This document shows, piece by piece, positions 1 through 13,600 of a DNA stretch of 64,000 nt; position 1 is the stretch's first letter; each line of letters begins with the position of its first letter. The stretch comes from Tricharina praecox (Eukaryota). The stretch spans positions 310,001 to 374,000 of the forward strand of contig NW_026250418.1 in NCBI RefSeq assembly GCF_024521635.1, in the 5' to 3' direction. The notes below the pieces were generated by a model. That model saw only the letters and a program-made list of their open reading frames with translations. It ran no database searches and was not told where the DNA came from. A program made the position numbers and the translations under genes.

Positions 1-649
1 TGGTTTACCCCTCCCTCCCAACACCCATTTCCACACAGGAATCCCCACACAGCAATCCCCCTTCCCTCCTCCCCCCTCCCCCCTCGGCGCTCGCTCTCTC
101 GCTGTTGCAACTTCATCGGTCTCTTCGGAGGAGCGAGGGAGCGGGGGATCCACATCTTGGCGAATCCGTCTCCGGCGTCTCTCATTCGACGGGTTGCCAT
201 ATGCATGCACGCGACCCAGGGTTGTGCCATCTCCGAGACAAAACGAGTTACGAGACTGGGTGGATGGGTGACTGGGTGACACATGTGTGCATGGGATGGG
301 AGGGGGGCAGTGGGACTGTGGGAGGCGGTCAGGTGAAGTCAAGCGAACAGGACAAGAGGTTCGGCAGATATCCGCGGCGGAGGGGGAGGCGGTATTGGAC
401 TTCGCTCTGGAGGGTATCTGGGTGTCTATCTCGCACGGTGGGGATTGGAGGGGGGGATTGGGGGAGGGAGGCTGGCAGTGGTAACAAAGTAGAGTGGAGT
501 ACTCTATGTAATCGGATGCACCTCCCCCCCGGCACGCAACAACGCTTGGCATTTCGCTAAAAGGCTTGTGTTGTTGGTATGTAGCGTTCCCAGGCTCCCA
601 GCTAGGAGGTGCTATATGTTAGAGTAACTACATGCGCACATAGAGTGCT

Positions 650-692
650 CTACATGACTACATGGCTACATGGCTACATGGCTACATGGCTA
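650..692. repeat. 8-bp tandem repeat (CTACATGG) x~5
   Basis: Directly visible: ctacatga ctacatgg ctacatgg ctacatgg ctacatgg cta. Confidence 0.9.
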
Positions 693-1037
693 TCGCGTTG
701 CCGCGATCGGCAACAAGGTGCGTCGGTGCGTACCGTATCGAACATCGATGTGTCAAGGGCGGCTTGCGTGCGGCTTGCCGAGCGGTCCGGTCCGGGTCCG
801 AGTGACGATGTTTCCACCAACAATCTTTGTTCCGTTGGCGGTGGTGGATGTGAGAGTTGGTGCTGGTACATTCGTATGCAGGCGAGAAGATGTGGTTGCA
901 GTTGTCTTGAAGGCTCTGCAGCCCGCGGCCCCGCGGGCGAGGGTTGTATGTATCGTACATAACTTGTGCATCATCACGTAAGTATGGTACAAGTTATGCA
1001 CGCTCGCTCGAGAGTGCGGCGGTTAGAGAGGATAGGG

Positions 1038-1106
1038 ATGTACCGTACTCTATGTACCGTACTCTATGTACCGCACTCTATGTACCGTACTCTATGTACC
1101 GTACTC
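1038..1106. repeat. 14-bp minisatellite (ATGTACCGTACTCT) x~5
   Basis: Five consecutive units, one with a single T>C substitution. Confidence 0.95.
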
Positions 1107-3829
1107 GTCGCATGTATGCGACTGCTTCGCCGTGCGCTCGGCCCGGCGGTGTGATGGCCAGTACTGCATACTACCTACCGGTACTAGTTACCCATCATAC
1201 ATATCATATGCGGTCCAGAGTCACCACCGGTGTGAGGCCCGAGGGGCTGAGAACCTGAGAAGCAGGCAGCGGACGGACAGTCACACCCAAGTGGTCGACA
1301 CGCGGACGATCGTTGAATGCCTAGAGCTTCTTCTTTCCCTCTTCCGGATCCAGCTTGCTTTTCTTTGCTTTTCTTTCCCGGGCGCGTATCGGGAGTCCGT
1401 ATGCACTCGCAGCCGGAAGACGACGACGACGACGACGCGAAAAGCAAAGAAAGGAAAGGGATATCTTCGATCCAGATGACGCTGTTCGTTTGTTGCCGTA
1501 ACATGTGGGTCGTTGGGTGGGTACTCGTATGTAGATGGGCGGTGGAAAACCTCCGTCGCGAAAGGGCGAGACAGATACCGTAGGTAAAGCATGTTGGATA
1601 TGTATCAAATATCGACCAACGGGAACGTTGACTGGTCCGCAGATTTCCGGTATCATCCTCCGCCCCCGGTTCGTTAGGTTAGCAAGTACGAATGACGAGC
1701 CCGTGGAGTCGGCCGCGCCCACACCGCCGCCGCCGGATCGAGCCTGGATACGATACAGCCAGCCAACTAACCAACCGGCCGTGGGATCCCCCCCTCCCCC
1801 TCCCCCCCCCAAAGGGCTCTGGAGTCTGGGAATCGGGACCCGTGCAAAGCACATCTGTGCGGAATTGTGTATGTACGGGAACGATCGTTTTGGATTCGAG
1901 ATTTGGGGTTCGAGATTTTGGGATTCGGACGTCGGTCTGCTTTTGGCTTCCGTGGTACAGTACCGTACGTGCGTGCACCGGGAACCGGGACATCGACTGG
2001 GTCACTGGGCTCGGCCTGGATAGGGCCAACCACAGCAGACACAATACCGGTCCTTGGTGCACGAGTCGTGAAATATAGATGCCAGGGCTCGCAGTTCTGT
2101 GCGTCCAGTCTACCTGCCGACCTACCCAACCGCTTCGACAGCCGATCATCTCGAGATTCGAACTTCGGACATCGCTTTTCCGTGCTCTAGCACATAGTTA
2201 CCTCCGACTATCTCATCTATCCCCCGTCTACAGTGCCGGTGCATTTCCCATCGACAACCGCCAAATTTCCAGTCTCCATTGCGGCCAGCAGCCACCTCTT
2301 GAGTCTCCACTGCACTTGCAGTACTATCTTACTAGGTACGCCGAACCTCAAACAACACTTTTGCGCCCCGGCCTTACACCTTACACCGCGCGCATGCTAC
2401 TCTACTCTACCGACTCCAGCCAGTCCCGCCTTATCCGCGATTGCCAGCGAGAATGCACTTTGCCCCCTCAGGACCTGGCAAAATACAATGGTCCATGGGG
2501 CATCAGCATCAGAATCAAGTCGGATAGGGATCTGTCGGCGATTATCGCCTACTGCGCGCGCGTACTGTAGACTACAGTTCTATCTACCTATCTGGTGATA
2601 AAGAGGGGAGGGGGCGGGAAGTGCAAAAATTTACAGTGAGTGCGTTCTGCCCCGTCGTCAACTACGCGCGCAGTCGGGCTTGCATCCAGACCTTTTCGCG
2701 GCAGTCGATTGCTCTCGTCCTGACTCTGAGTGGCAACTGGAGTCTGGAGGCCAGGTGAGCCAGCGGATCAATACTACCTACACGCCACATCACCGCCTAC
2801 GCGGCCGGTTTCGCTGGTGGTCGATGGAATAGGTATGTACATAGCATGCACCAGCTTACCAGAGGGAAGTGTCTACCTAGCCCTCTCCAGGTGCCCTTGT
2901 GGATGGATGGTCGAGTGGTCGAGATGTGTCGACGATCGATTAGGATCTGACTGAAAGTGCAAGTGTAAGTGCTGCAATAGGAAGCGCTGCGGACACGATC
3001 TAGGTACCTACACCAAACTACTTCGAAGTTGGAAGGCGTGACGCTGGCCGGCCGAAAACTCCGATATACCTACATAAGGTAGGTATCATGCCTACTCCGC
3101 ACATGCTACTCCAGTATTTGATAGGATTCTGCAGCGTCCATTGCTACGCCCTACAGTCGTCCGTGGAGATTGGAGATTGGCGTAAGCATCAATGAGTATG
3201 GTAAGCATCAATGAGGACGGTTAAGAGCGGCGGACAAAGAAGAAGTATCGTGTTACTACTACTATGCTGATTAGCCGGTGGGCACCTGATGAAGCGGTCG
3301 GGATCCTTTATCGGCGGGAATCGACAGCAGCAACGATTGTAGCGGCGGCGGCGGCGGCGATGGGAATGTCATTCAAGTACAGTACATACACCATTTGACT
3401 CGCTGTTGGATCATGGTCAAGTTGGGCGAGGAGGAGCCAGACACAGCAGACTAACCGTTTTTTTGGCAACGAGTGACTGGTCGCGCAGCTGGATGTCGGT
3501 TCAACGCCAGAGAGGGATTCTAAGAAGAAGAAGAAGAAGAAGAAGAAGACCCTACTATGCCCGTCAACGTTCAAGATTCCCACTGGTCATCTCGGCCTGT
3601 ATTTCCTTCGAGCCATCGACAGTGTCTGCTCCAACATATGCAGCACAGCTTGCGAAGTCATACATACGGTTCTCTTCCGACTTCGCAAGCTGCCTTCCTT
3701 ATATGTAGCCAGCTTTTATACTACCACGTACGACAAGCCTCTCTCAAAGTTCACCTCATGTTTCTCTACCACCAACCACAAAAGAATACATACGCCCACC
3801 CCCCGAAGCAGCAAGAAGATTGGCAAAAA

Positions 3830-3916
3830 TGATCACTACAGGGGTCGAACCTGTGACCTTGGCGTTGCATACTGGATGTATTAGCACCACGCTCTAACCA
3901 ACTGAGCTAAGCGACC
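3830..3916 (-). tRNA. tRNA-Ile(AAT) with 13-nt intron (3866-3878)
   Basis: Minus strand reads GGTCGCTTAGCTCAGTTGGTTAGAGCGTGGTGCT-AAT-A[CATCCAGTATGCA]ACGCCAAGGTCACAGGTTCGACCCCTGTAGTGATCA. A and B boxes are intact, the anticodon stem is TGGTG/CGCCA, and the intron lies one base after the anticodon. A TTTTT Pol III terminator follows at 3829-3825. Confidence 0.96.
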
Positions 3917-4050
3917 TGTTGATAACTTCTGTGGCTCCATGGCAGCTCTGTTATACTGTTTTGTGTCGAGCTTGGGGCGGTTGCATTATTTTGAATGGCA
4001 GTCAGCGGTCGTGGGCCTGGATACTGGCTTGGCGGCGGCTGGCAATTGTG

Positions 4051-4260
4051 GTTCCTTTGTTTAGCTTGATAGCTCTCTAATAGAAATAATTGCGGATGTT
4101 AATGGTAGATGTGAATGAGATTTGCCAGCTGCATTTGTTACTGGGAGTGGTGTTGGTTTCCTTGTTTGGCTTGATTGCTCTCTGATAGAAGGGATTGCGA
4201 ATGTGAAAAGCGGATATGAATGGCATGTGCCAGCTGCATTTGTTAGTGAGACTCGTTCTC
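4051..4260. repeat. Diverged 105-bp direct duplication (2 copies)
   Basis: gttcctttgtttagcttgatagctctctaatagaa...gccagctgcatttgttactggga at 4051 vs gtttccttgtttggcttgattgctctctgatagaa...gccagctgcatttgttagtgaga at 4156. Confidence 0.85.
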
Positions 4261-4790
4261 GCTTTTGCAGGAGTGGGAGTAGCGTTGCGGTGTTGCGGTG
4301 TTGCAGGACCCAGCAGCCGGAGTGACTTCTCATGAACCCGTATGTGGTGGGCGAGATTAGCGGAGCCGCTGTAGAAACCTTTAATTTGCCGCCACAAATC
4401 CAGTAGCTCTTTGGTGTAGCTGTCTTCCCGTTTGGGGGGGCCGTTAGCATCGGAACCTTGTATGGAGGTGATGAGCTGCTGCTGCTGCTGCAGGGCATCT
4501 CTTCAGTATTGACTAACTGCCAAAAGTCGAAGCTGAGAGCACCATTCGCAATTGCACTGCACTGCGCCGCAAAACATCGCCCTCCAAGCCATTGTTAGAG
4601 TGCTTGTCGATTCCGACTCGCTCTACCAGGCTGCTGCAGCACCACACAGATGAGGGAAACGCAATTGGGTAACGACATACGCCGATTGTATGTATCGCTC
4701 GTGATTCTAGCTTGATACGGTAGAAGTGACATGCTACGCCCACCAACATAAAGAAAAACCGCAACACAGAACGTTCTGCCATTCCCCATT

Positions 4791-5729
4791 CTACACCTTC
4801 GCAGGCGCTTTCAAAACTGCCTCCTCCGCCGTCTTCTTTCCTGCCTTCGTCCTCCCCTCCGCAGCATCGCGCACATACTCCGGCACTCTGTCCACCGTCC
4901 CAGTAGGCACGGGCTCTCCATACGCGGTCCAAGTGGGCACGACCCCAGTCCAGACCCTCTTGGTGACGTCACCGTCTTCCAAATCTGCCTTCGCATCATT
5001 CGGCGGTCCGGTGCGCACCTTCGCACTCGCCGAGGTGATCTTCACTTTTAAGATACCGGTGGAGTCGAGCTCGGCCTTCAGCGGCGGCACGCGGGACCCC
5101 GCCCACCGCCCCGGCAGCACGTGCTCCGTCACCAGCTTCATGGCGTACAGCTTCTCCTCGCTGTCGGTCACTGGCGTGGCGGTCCCGTGGAGAACCGCGG
5201 ACCGGTAGTTGTAGCTGTGGCTGTAGGGGGTGCTATGTGCCGGTACCGAGATCAGCTGCTGCTGCACGCACACTCCCAGTTGCCCACCGTGGCGCGGAGA
5301 CTCACAGTGCGAGTACGAGCCCATCCACGATAGTGGCGGCAACGCACACGGGAAACCCCGCCGCCTCCCGCCCGCGGAACAGCCGCGCGCTGACGTAGCC
5401 GTGAATGTAGAGGTCCAGGGCCTCGTCGAGGCCGGCGGAGGGGTTCTCGAACGACCCGAGAGCGCCGATCATGGGGAGGATTGTGGGGAGCGGCGGGTCC
5501 CCCGGTGCTACGGAGGAGACGTGCACCACTGGGACACTGGCAACGATGCTGTGAATCGTTGTGGTTTCGTAGGCAGCTAAGGATGTGGTTGTTAGAGATG
5601 GTGGACGGGAAGGGACGGGACTGGGTGAGTCGAAATGATGGGAATGGGACGGACGGACGCACCATTGCTGGCGTAACGGATCACTTTGTTGGCAGCGGTC
5701 TTGGGATAGGTCAGCGTCGGGCGAGGCAT
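4791..5729 (-). CDS. FMN-binding split-barrel protein (pyridoxamine 5'-phosphate oxidase-like / NimA family), ~259 aa, 3 exons
   Basis: Exons 5729-5663, 5576-5306 and 5232-4791 splice in frame: MPRPTLTYPKTAANKVIRY...LYIHGYVSARL...[32 protein letters not shown]...SAKVRTGPP...VWTGVVP. GT..CTAAC/CTGAT..AG introns. Confidence 0.9.
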
Positions 5730-6366
5730 CTTGATCTTGATCTTGGGCAGCTATGGAATCACATCTAGGAGAAGGGGAAACTGCCGTATGATATACAAAT
5801 CTAGGACTGAAATGATGAATCTGTCCGGCGTGATTAACTGCCGAGTGATAGATCTTCGACCATATTTGGGCCGTGGAACCGTGTGACTCATCCGACGGGC
5901 ACTTCTGCTTTTAGGCACAAATTCGAGAGCCATGCACAATGCACATTGCAAGTTGCCTTGGACCCTTGATACACAAAAAAGGGCTGCATGGAATGCGGAG
6001 TTGTATGCGAGTGGGTCACAGAAATGCTGGCCGTTGCTGACACGTGATCGCTGCACCGTCGTGGTCATATGATATCACTCGTGACAGCTGTCAATGGGTC
6101 GTAAATTCCTTAATAGACAGGTTCCAAACTGGAGTGGCCTGCCGTATGTACGAGCTCAGCAGCACCTTCGGCGGTCTGGGGACAGGATTGGGTGCACTTA
6201 AAATCGTCAAAATCGAACACGGCCGGCTGAATACAGATCATGAACAAGGAGAGTTACAAGGCACCAAGTAACAAACGGCGATGACTGGATGAGTAGACGA
6301 ACTGACCAACAACTTCTTACTACTTAAGTCCGCATTACCAAATATTTATATGTACATTTAGCACTA

Positions 6367-8239
6367 CTATACTTCCTCCATTGCTGTAGGGGCAGGTGTC
6401 TCTTCCTTTGCCTCTTCTTTCCTGAGATGTCCTAGCAAGCCCTTCTTCCCCACAATTTTTGCGCGCTCGATCACCGCCTCCTCATCGCGCAGTAATTGCT
6501 TCGCCATAGCTTCGTCCGCGGCATTCCTGCGCTTCTCCTGACGAACAGCCCACTCGCGCTCGCGCAGCGCCTTCCCACGGCGCTCGCGTTCTTCGTTGGC
6601 CTTACGCTCTTCTTCGGTGAGCACTACCTCTGGCAAAGACGCGAGAAACTCGGTGATGATGCTATCACGTGATGACTCCGGTGCTGTGACGTATCGCGCA
6701 TCCGCAAGAACGCTGTCGGGGAGCATGTGGAGTGCCGTGTTTCGGGTGAGCGAAGGCGTAGATTTAAGCAGTTTCTTGAGGTCGACTTCGCGGATAGACT
6801 CAGAGGTTTTGTTGCCTGCAAAATGTTAGTCTTTATTGCATCATGAAGGGGAGGGGGCCGTACGAGCAACAAAGTCTCGGTACATCTTCTCGCGCTCCTT
6901 ATCTGAGAGCTTCGTATCTTTCATGACAGGTTCCTTCCTCCACTTGCGCTTGAACTCAGCCCAAAACAATTTTGACGTCGTGTGCTCCTTGAGGAATGCC
7001 CAGAACGGGATCTTCGGGTTGATCTTGCCAGCCCTTTCCTTCTCCTCACGCAATTGTGCGGCTCGTTCTTTGCACCAATCCGTAAAGACCTCCTTGCGCG
7101 CTTTGGTCGTGGAGAGGACGGTGTAGCGATTGTCGTCCACTAGCTTCGGAAGCGCATCGTCCCAAGTGCTGTACGGCGATATACCTTGGTCGTCCAGCAG
7201 CTGGCGGAAAAGCGCGATGGTATCTTCCGGTGCAAGTTCCTCACCTTCCTCAAAGTCTTCTTCACCAAGCCCATATTCTTCGGCCATTGCTTCGAGCTGC
7301 CACGCGATATCCTCTTCCGTAAACTCTTGCGCCTGATTGGGTGGCGGCTGCTGGTGCTCTTCGTCGCTCTCCTCCTCCTCCTCCTCCTCCCCCTCCTTTT
7401 CTTCTTCCGCTTCCGCCTCGTCGTGTTCTTCCTCCGCCTGTGCCTCCTTCATAACCTCATCCGCCGGCCCAGCTGCCTCATCGGTCCGAACCTTCTTGGC
7501 ACTCGGCTCGCCTTCTTCCACCTTCGCGGGCATCAAAGCTCTAAGCCTCTCCTTTTCCACCCGCTCCTTCTCCACCTTCTCCGCCGCCTTTCTCGCCCTC
7601 CTCTCTCTCCTTTCCCGACGCTCCTGTTCTTGATCCACGGGCGGCATAACATCAATCTTCTCCTGCACCTCCTTCGGCGCGGTCCACAGCGAAGCACGCG
7701 TCTCAATGTTATGCACAAAAGTCCTTCCCATCTTTGTCGTTACCAGGACCCACGGCTCTGCACCCGGGATAGCGCGCTTCTTCTTCGGGCCATCCTGGGG
7801 CTTCAGCTTCGGCTTCGGCGGGAGTCCATGTCCTCTCGGAGGGAACCCTTGTCCTCTCGGACCGCCACGAGGCGCGCCTCGCACGTCTTGGAAGTACGGC
7901 CGGTGTGGCAGTTGGTGTCCGCCGGGCGGCGGGAACGGTTGTGCGTAGGGGACGTAAGGGCGAGGGTATGGGCCTGCTTGTAGGGGCGGTGGCGGGCCGA
8001 TTGATAGCCGTGGGGCCGGATAACGCGGTGCGACTGGCGGCGCGACGGGACGCGAGTAGGTTGAGGTTTTGGTGGACGCATTGTAGTAGTATGAATGGCC
8101 TGTGGTCGGGTTAGCTATGGACGAGTAAGGACACCTCCGTGAGCTTCGACACACCTGTTGGTGCTTTGTGTTCGGTCCATCCCGGGGCCAGAGGCAGGGA
8201 GTTGGCAGGTGGAGGAGGTTTCGGTGGTAGTGAAGCCAT
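6367..8239 (-). CDS. WW + FF domain pre-mRNA splicing factor (Dre4/Urn1/TCERG1-like), 3 exons
   Basis: ATG at 8239 (MASLPPKPPP). WW domain LAPGWTEHKAPTG|HSYYYNASTKTSTYSRP spans intron 8154-8100. A second WW-like segment PWVLVTTKMGRTFVHN and an FF domain LFRQLLDDQGISPYSTWD follow. Intron 6863-6816; stop at 6367. Confidence 0.88.
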
Positions 8240-8527
8240 TGGGGAATCTGGACGATCGTGCCTGCTACAGCCGGGAGGTCAATTATTGGTGTTTGTAACG
8301 ATTTGCAGCTGCGCGTCAACGGCGTGTCGTCCTTGGCGTCGACTTAGTTAGGAGAGTGAGGCTCTGCTTTCTTGTGCTACTCGACCAGCAGTTAACTCAC
8401 CTCCAACACCTCAACGAGCAACAACCACCACCCCACCACCATCCCCCACCACCAGCAAATCATCTCCATCTCCATCGACTTCCATCCTCGACCTACAGCT
8501 GTCACACCCCTGATAACTGTCTCTACA

Positions 8528-9580
8528 ATGTCCCGCCGCTACGATTCCAGGGTGCGTATCTGGAATCCCCGCCCCGCCAAAGCAAGCAAGCAACTGATCG
8601 CTCCGAATAGACTACCATCTTTTCGCCCGAGGGCCGTCTCTACCAGGTCGAATACGCGCTCGAGGCTATCTCACACGCTGGTACAGCTCTGGGAGTCTTG
8701 GCCAAGGATGGAATCGTGCTTGCGGCGGAACGGAAGGTTACCAGCAAGCTGTTGGAGCAGGACACGAGCGCCGAGAAGCTGTACATTCTCAATGAGTACG
8801 CCGCCATACCCATACCCCGTCATCTCTTCTGATCTCACCCCACCTCGTCGTTTCCGGCGATGGAGAGAGCTAGCTAGCGGATCCACAAGCTAACCGTGAT
8901 CTCCGGATGCGAATAGCAACATGATCTGCGCCGTCGCCGGAATGACCGCCGATGCGAACATCTTGATCAACTATGCTCGGCAGGCAGCTCAGAACTACCT
9001 GATGACCTACAACGAGGATATCCCTTGCGAGCAGCTGGTGCGAAGACTGTGTGATCTGAAGCAGGGCTACACGCAACACGGAGGTCGATTATCTTTTCCT
9101 CTTGGTTGGAGCTAGTTGTAGCTGACTCGGGGTGTGGTAATCGATGGCAGGTCTCCGCCCTTTCGGTGTCTCGTTTATCTATGCCGGTTACGACTCGTCA
9201 CGCCAGTTCCAGCTTTACCAGTCGAACCCTTCAGGAAACTACGGAGGATGGAAGGCTACCTCTGTCGGAGCCAACAACGCTTCCGCTCAGAGCTTACTAA
9301 AGCAGGACTACAAGGAGGACTGTACTCTGACAGAGGCCTGTGCAATCGCCGTGAAGGTGCTGAGCAAGACCATGGATAGCACTACGCTCAGTAGCGAGAA
9401 GAGTAGGCGTTTCTAGTGCATGCGGCTCTGGCACCAGCTAACGAGTGATCTGCAGTTGAATTCGCTACCGTAGGACAAGATGCGGACGGCAAGGTGTATC
9501 ACCACCTGTGGACCGCGGAAGAGATTCAGTCATTGTTGAAGGAGCATGGACTGGCGAAGGAGGTCGAGGAGGAGTCGTAG
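8528..9580 (+). CDS. PRE9: 20S proteasome subunit alpha type-3, 5 exons
   Basis: [32 protein letters not shown]...[24 protein letters not shown]...[18 protein letters not shown]...[12 protein letters not shown]. Four introns with branch sites; TAG at 9578-9580. Divergent from the WW/FF gene with 288 bp between ATGs. Confidence 0.97.
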
Positions 9581-9860
9581 AGCAGTTTAGGAGCTCCCTA
9601 CGCCTTTAATGAAAATCTACGATCATAGAGCATCTGGATGAGTGTTCGATAATTGGTTGAAAGCGAGCAAGCGCACAAGATGCTTCATTTCAAGAAAGAA
9701 AAGCAATGACAACCACCATCCTCCCAAGAATGATTTTCCCCGTGAAAGAATGACACCGCACTTTGAAGGCACAAATACCGACCTTACCGCAAGCACATCA
9801 CCGAGCAAAAAGTGCCCGGTAAATCAAGAACCACATCAGTCTTCATCGTCACTCATATGC

Positions 9861-10643
9861 TCAAGCACTCCGCACCCCCTTCGACAGCATTTCATAGAAC
9901 CTCCTGAGGCCCAGCACCCTGGCCCTGGGCGGATCCCACTTAACGCACCTACCACTCCCCCACCTCATATCACTCTTCCTCACACCCTCCCACCGTCTCG
10001 CCAACTCTCTAACCTTCGGCCTCTCCTCCACATCCGTAGGTCTAACCCCATCCCACCCCTCCCTCTCAGCCACATCTTCCAGACTCCCCCTCCGCTGTCC
10101 CACACAGCCCCTCAGGACATCTTTAACCCTCTCCTTTTCCAGCTCATGGGCCTTCCCGACCAGGGCCGGCGCCACCCCACTGCCTATCTTTGCCGGCATA
10201 ACCCCGCGCTCAACCAGCGAGTGGACATCCGGCCGCACCGCCAGCTTCCGCTTCAGCGAGATCTTGGTGAGTTTCCGCGAAAGCAGCCGCTGCGTCGCCT
10301 GCTGCTGCGTGAGGAAGAGCGGAGGTGGAGGGGGCGCCGCCGGCCGGCTCGGGAGCGTGTGCGCTAGACGCTGTTTGGCGGATTGCAGACGCTGCCGGTG
10401 CAGCAGTGGGTCGGTGGCGGTTTGCCGGAGCTGCGCGCTTGTCTGCAACCATCAGCGGGGCGACGACGGCGAGAGGTGCGGGAGGTAAGGGAGGTAAGGG
10501 ACCTTGGTCAGGGCGTAGAGATCGGGAATGTCGAGGTGGTGCAGGATGTTGAGTACTATCTCGGAGGGCATCGAGAGGAGGGGCGCCTGCGCATGTGAGT
10601 GGGTAGACGCCGGCGCCGGTAGTAGGGGTTGTTGCGCCGACAT
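9861..10643 (-). CDS. F-box-like protein with RPEL-type repeat, 2 exons
   Basis: F-box-like LLSMPSEIVLNILHHLDIPDLYALTK|TSAQLR (intron 10502-10443) and RPEL-like LKRKLAVRPDVHSLVERGVMP. Confidence 0.82.
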
Positions 10644-13600
10644 TTGCTGTTGCTCTTCTCCGGAGATGTTGTCGAGTGGCAGCTGGAGGAGTAGGTAGCT
10701 AGTGAAGTGGAAGTGGAAGTGGTAGCAAGGCCAGCTTGAAACAGGGTGAAAGGAACTTGTGCGTTGCGCGGCCCCACACGTGTGGTAGGTAACGGTGATG
10801 ACGACGGTGAGTGCGAAGGTGGCTGGGCGGTGGGTTGAAGGCAAGCTCAAGTAACACACGGAACTGCAGGATGATAAGATACCAGGGATCCGGGTGACGA
10901 TGATGACAACAACAAAGCTCCGTGGTGGTTGTTGTTCATATTCGTGGCCGAAGACGTTTCACGGTTAAATTCCAAGCTCCGTATTCGCTGGCAGTCGTAA
11001 AGGATGGGTAGAACGCAAAGAAAAGTTTTTCGAAGAGGTCTTTGAGAAACAGAAGTTCTTAATTGCCGTTTATCAAAGATCATTTTAAGGTTACACACGG
11101 TTCAATGGCCACTGCAAGGCTTTATTTTTAATTGCTTAATCATACTCGTATTTAAACCTAGAGAGATTATAACTAGCGGCGTGCCCTTTTCCTCCTATCC
11201 TGTTCACAGTCAGGTCACTGCATTGCGTAAACAGGGTGCTGCTATTCTTAGCTGAGCTGTCGATTGACAGCCAGTGATCCCGACACGCGCCAGCACTCGG
11301 CTGATATACGTGTTGTGCGACATTTCCCCTGAGCGCGCTGGCAACCATAGACGCGACCTGGTCCAATCCCCCAACATGAGAGACACTATTGGCTCGCTTG
11401 TGCCGCGTGGGTGTCGACATGGGACGAACTGTTGGCAGTTGTTGACGACGAAGTCGATTGACGCCCTATGAACCAGGATGTTCGTGAAACATTCGGCGTG
11501 GGCCTGTTGGCCACAAACTTGTCGCCCCCTGATAGGCAGTATACATTTTCTGTACATGTTGTCGGAGCTGAAAGGAAGATTTGGTGGCGGGAGAAGGGAT
11601 TTTAAACCGAGGTGCTGTAAATGAGAATAAGGCTATGATGTGTGTTGGTCCTGGTAGTGGCATTGGTAGGGCAGGGAAACACGGAGGAGGATACCGGCGG
11701 TAAAAATAGACGAATAGACTAAGTCTTGTCAGCAGTTGGATACATAGCATCTAGAACTCTTGAACGTGTACGGATGAACAACACATTGCTTCGTTTAGAC
11801 AGATCTTGACAACACTCTGGTCGGTGAGGATGGGCTCCGGAGCCATCCGCGCTTTGCTGGCATGTCCAATCCGTGGATAAAGTCGAAGTCGTTTCCTGTC
11901 TAGCATTCGATCCTCTTTGGATATAGAGGTGATGGATAACATTGACGACGATAGTACTAGCTGACAGTCAGAACGAAGATTCTCAACCTCCGCTTCCGAA
12001 TACCGAGATCACAGCGCCGACGCAAACCGAATTAGCTGTCCTCGGCCCAGATTCCAATCGCTCGCGAGCATGAGTACGAGTACTCAACCGACAATCCCTC
12101 AGCATCACTTCCGGCCGGAGACTACCAACGATATCCTCGACGGCCGAGTATTTTTGACGCAGATATTCGATTTCGGTAGCACTGGATAAAACTGGACCCG
12201 GGAGACTGCGGTTGGAGCCGAATAGATCAAACAATATCCCTAGGTCTTCCGTATCTTGCATTCGAGGTCCTGGTTTTGCAGACGACTCCTTTGCCAACGC
12301 CTTTACAAGTCAGCAATGGAGTCGAGAGAAGAACACACACAGAAGAAAGCGGAGGTAGAGGTTGATCGTCTATTCTGGAGATGGTGGCGAGAGAGCGAGC
12401 ACAAGCTCTCTTGCTCTTACTAACAGACATGCCCACCTGCTAACCTTTCTTATAGTTCCCGCCTACAACGTTCTCCCTAGCCACTCCGCCACTCTGCCAC
12501 ACCGAAAACTAAGCCCACCCGGACGCTGCAGCCCATGGAGTTGCTGGTGTCGAACGACGTTGCTGCGGTTACCGCTCTTCTCCGAGACTATGACCCGATG
12601 TACGGCCAAGAGGGTTGAGCGTGGTCTCGGTTCATACTTGGGCGTCCGAGTCTTCCCAGGGCGCTGATAGTGAGGTGTACCCCACGACGACAACAACACT
12701 CATGCCGATCAGCCAACCACACACAAATACCAGCCCTTTCACCTCATCACTGCAGTATTTACCCCCTCGATCTCTCGGCCGTCTTTTAAGTGCATTTCTG
12801 TCGTCACCGGCGGATAACCACAGGACCGACCCGCAAACTAGGCATTGGGCATAATCGAATTTGTGGTGGGTGTTGCCGAGGCCTGGACACCCAACGAAGG
12901 AGATACAACCATGCGTGTCCGTCTTCAGTCACAGCCCATAAGCCAGTCGGTATGAGATGACCCTGCATGACTGCAATTGATGTCCATGACTAAAATCCGG
13001 TGGACGGTTCGGTGAATCGGAGCCTGGTCGCCCTCTTTTCGCCATCTGGCTTCTCCCAACCGTTTCCCTAGCGCTTCTCGATTGCCTGCCTGCAGGAGAT
13101 ATTACAATGGATAAAGCCGGACCTGGCTACCGTCCCCCATCGATACACGGTCGTCTGAGACACTCGCCATGCTGAAAGATTTCTTTCTGTGGTCTGTATG
13201 CTGACAACGGTGATACCATGACAGGTACCATGGGGTGATCACAGATGAACTACTCCAACAACGTAGCGGGAAATCAGCAGTTCAGCTTCCTCGAGACTGG
13301 GGCCAATTCGGATGAATGTTTATCCTGGCTGCTACCTTATTCCGCCCAAACGACTACAGAGACACGACAGGATGTGAGACACGGCATTACCGCTAGCTGA
13401 ATATTCTGCAACCGTCACTAACGGTATGCGCAGGTTGGATTGTTGCTTCGAGATCGACGTCTTCGGCCGCGGCCTCCGAGTGATGATGGTGTTTCTCGCT
13501 CATTCGACCTGGTTGGGTTATTTTCAAAAGCCTAGCCGCAGAGTAACTATTGAGCAGATTGCGATCACCTCTCAGCTGAATCCGATACTCTGCGATGATG

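Noticed and set aside
1038..1106. Regular repeat array resembling a CRISPR
   Set aside because: Head-to-tail 14-bp units with no unique spacers, in a eukaryotic context with no cas genes
105..3800. Numerous overlapping 60-180 aa ORFs
   Set aside because: No recognisable domains or codon bias; several are produced by tandem repeats and SSRs
7186..7983. 265-aa Leu-rich plus-strand ORF
   Set aside because: Antisense shadow of the Glu/Lys-rich WW/FF gene
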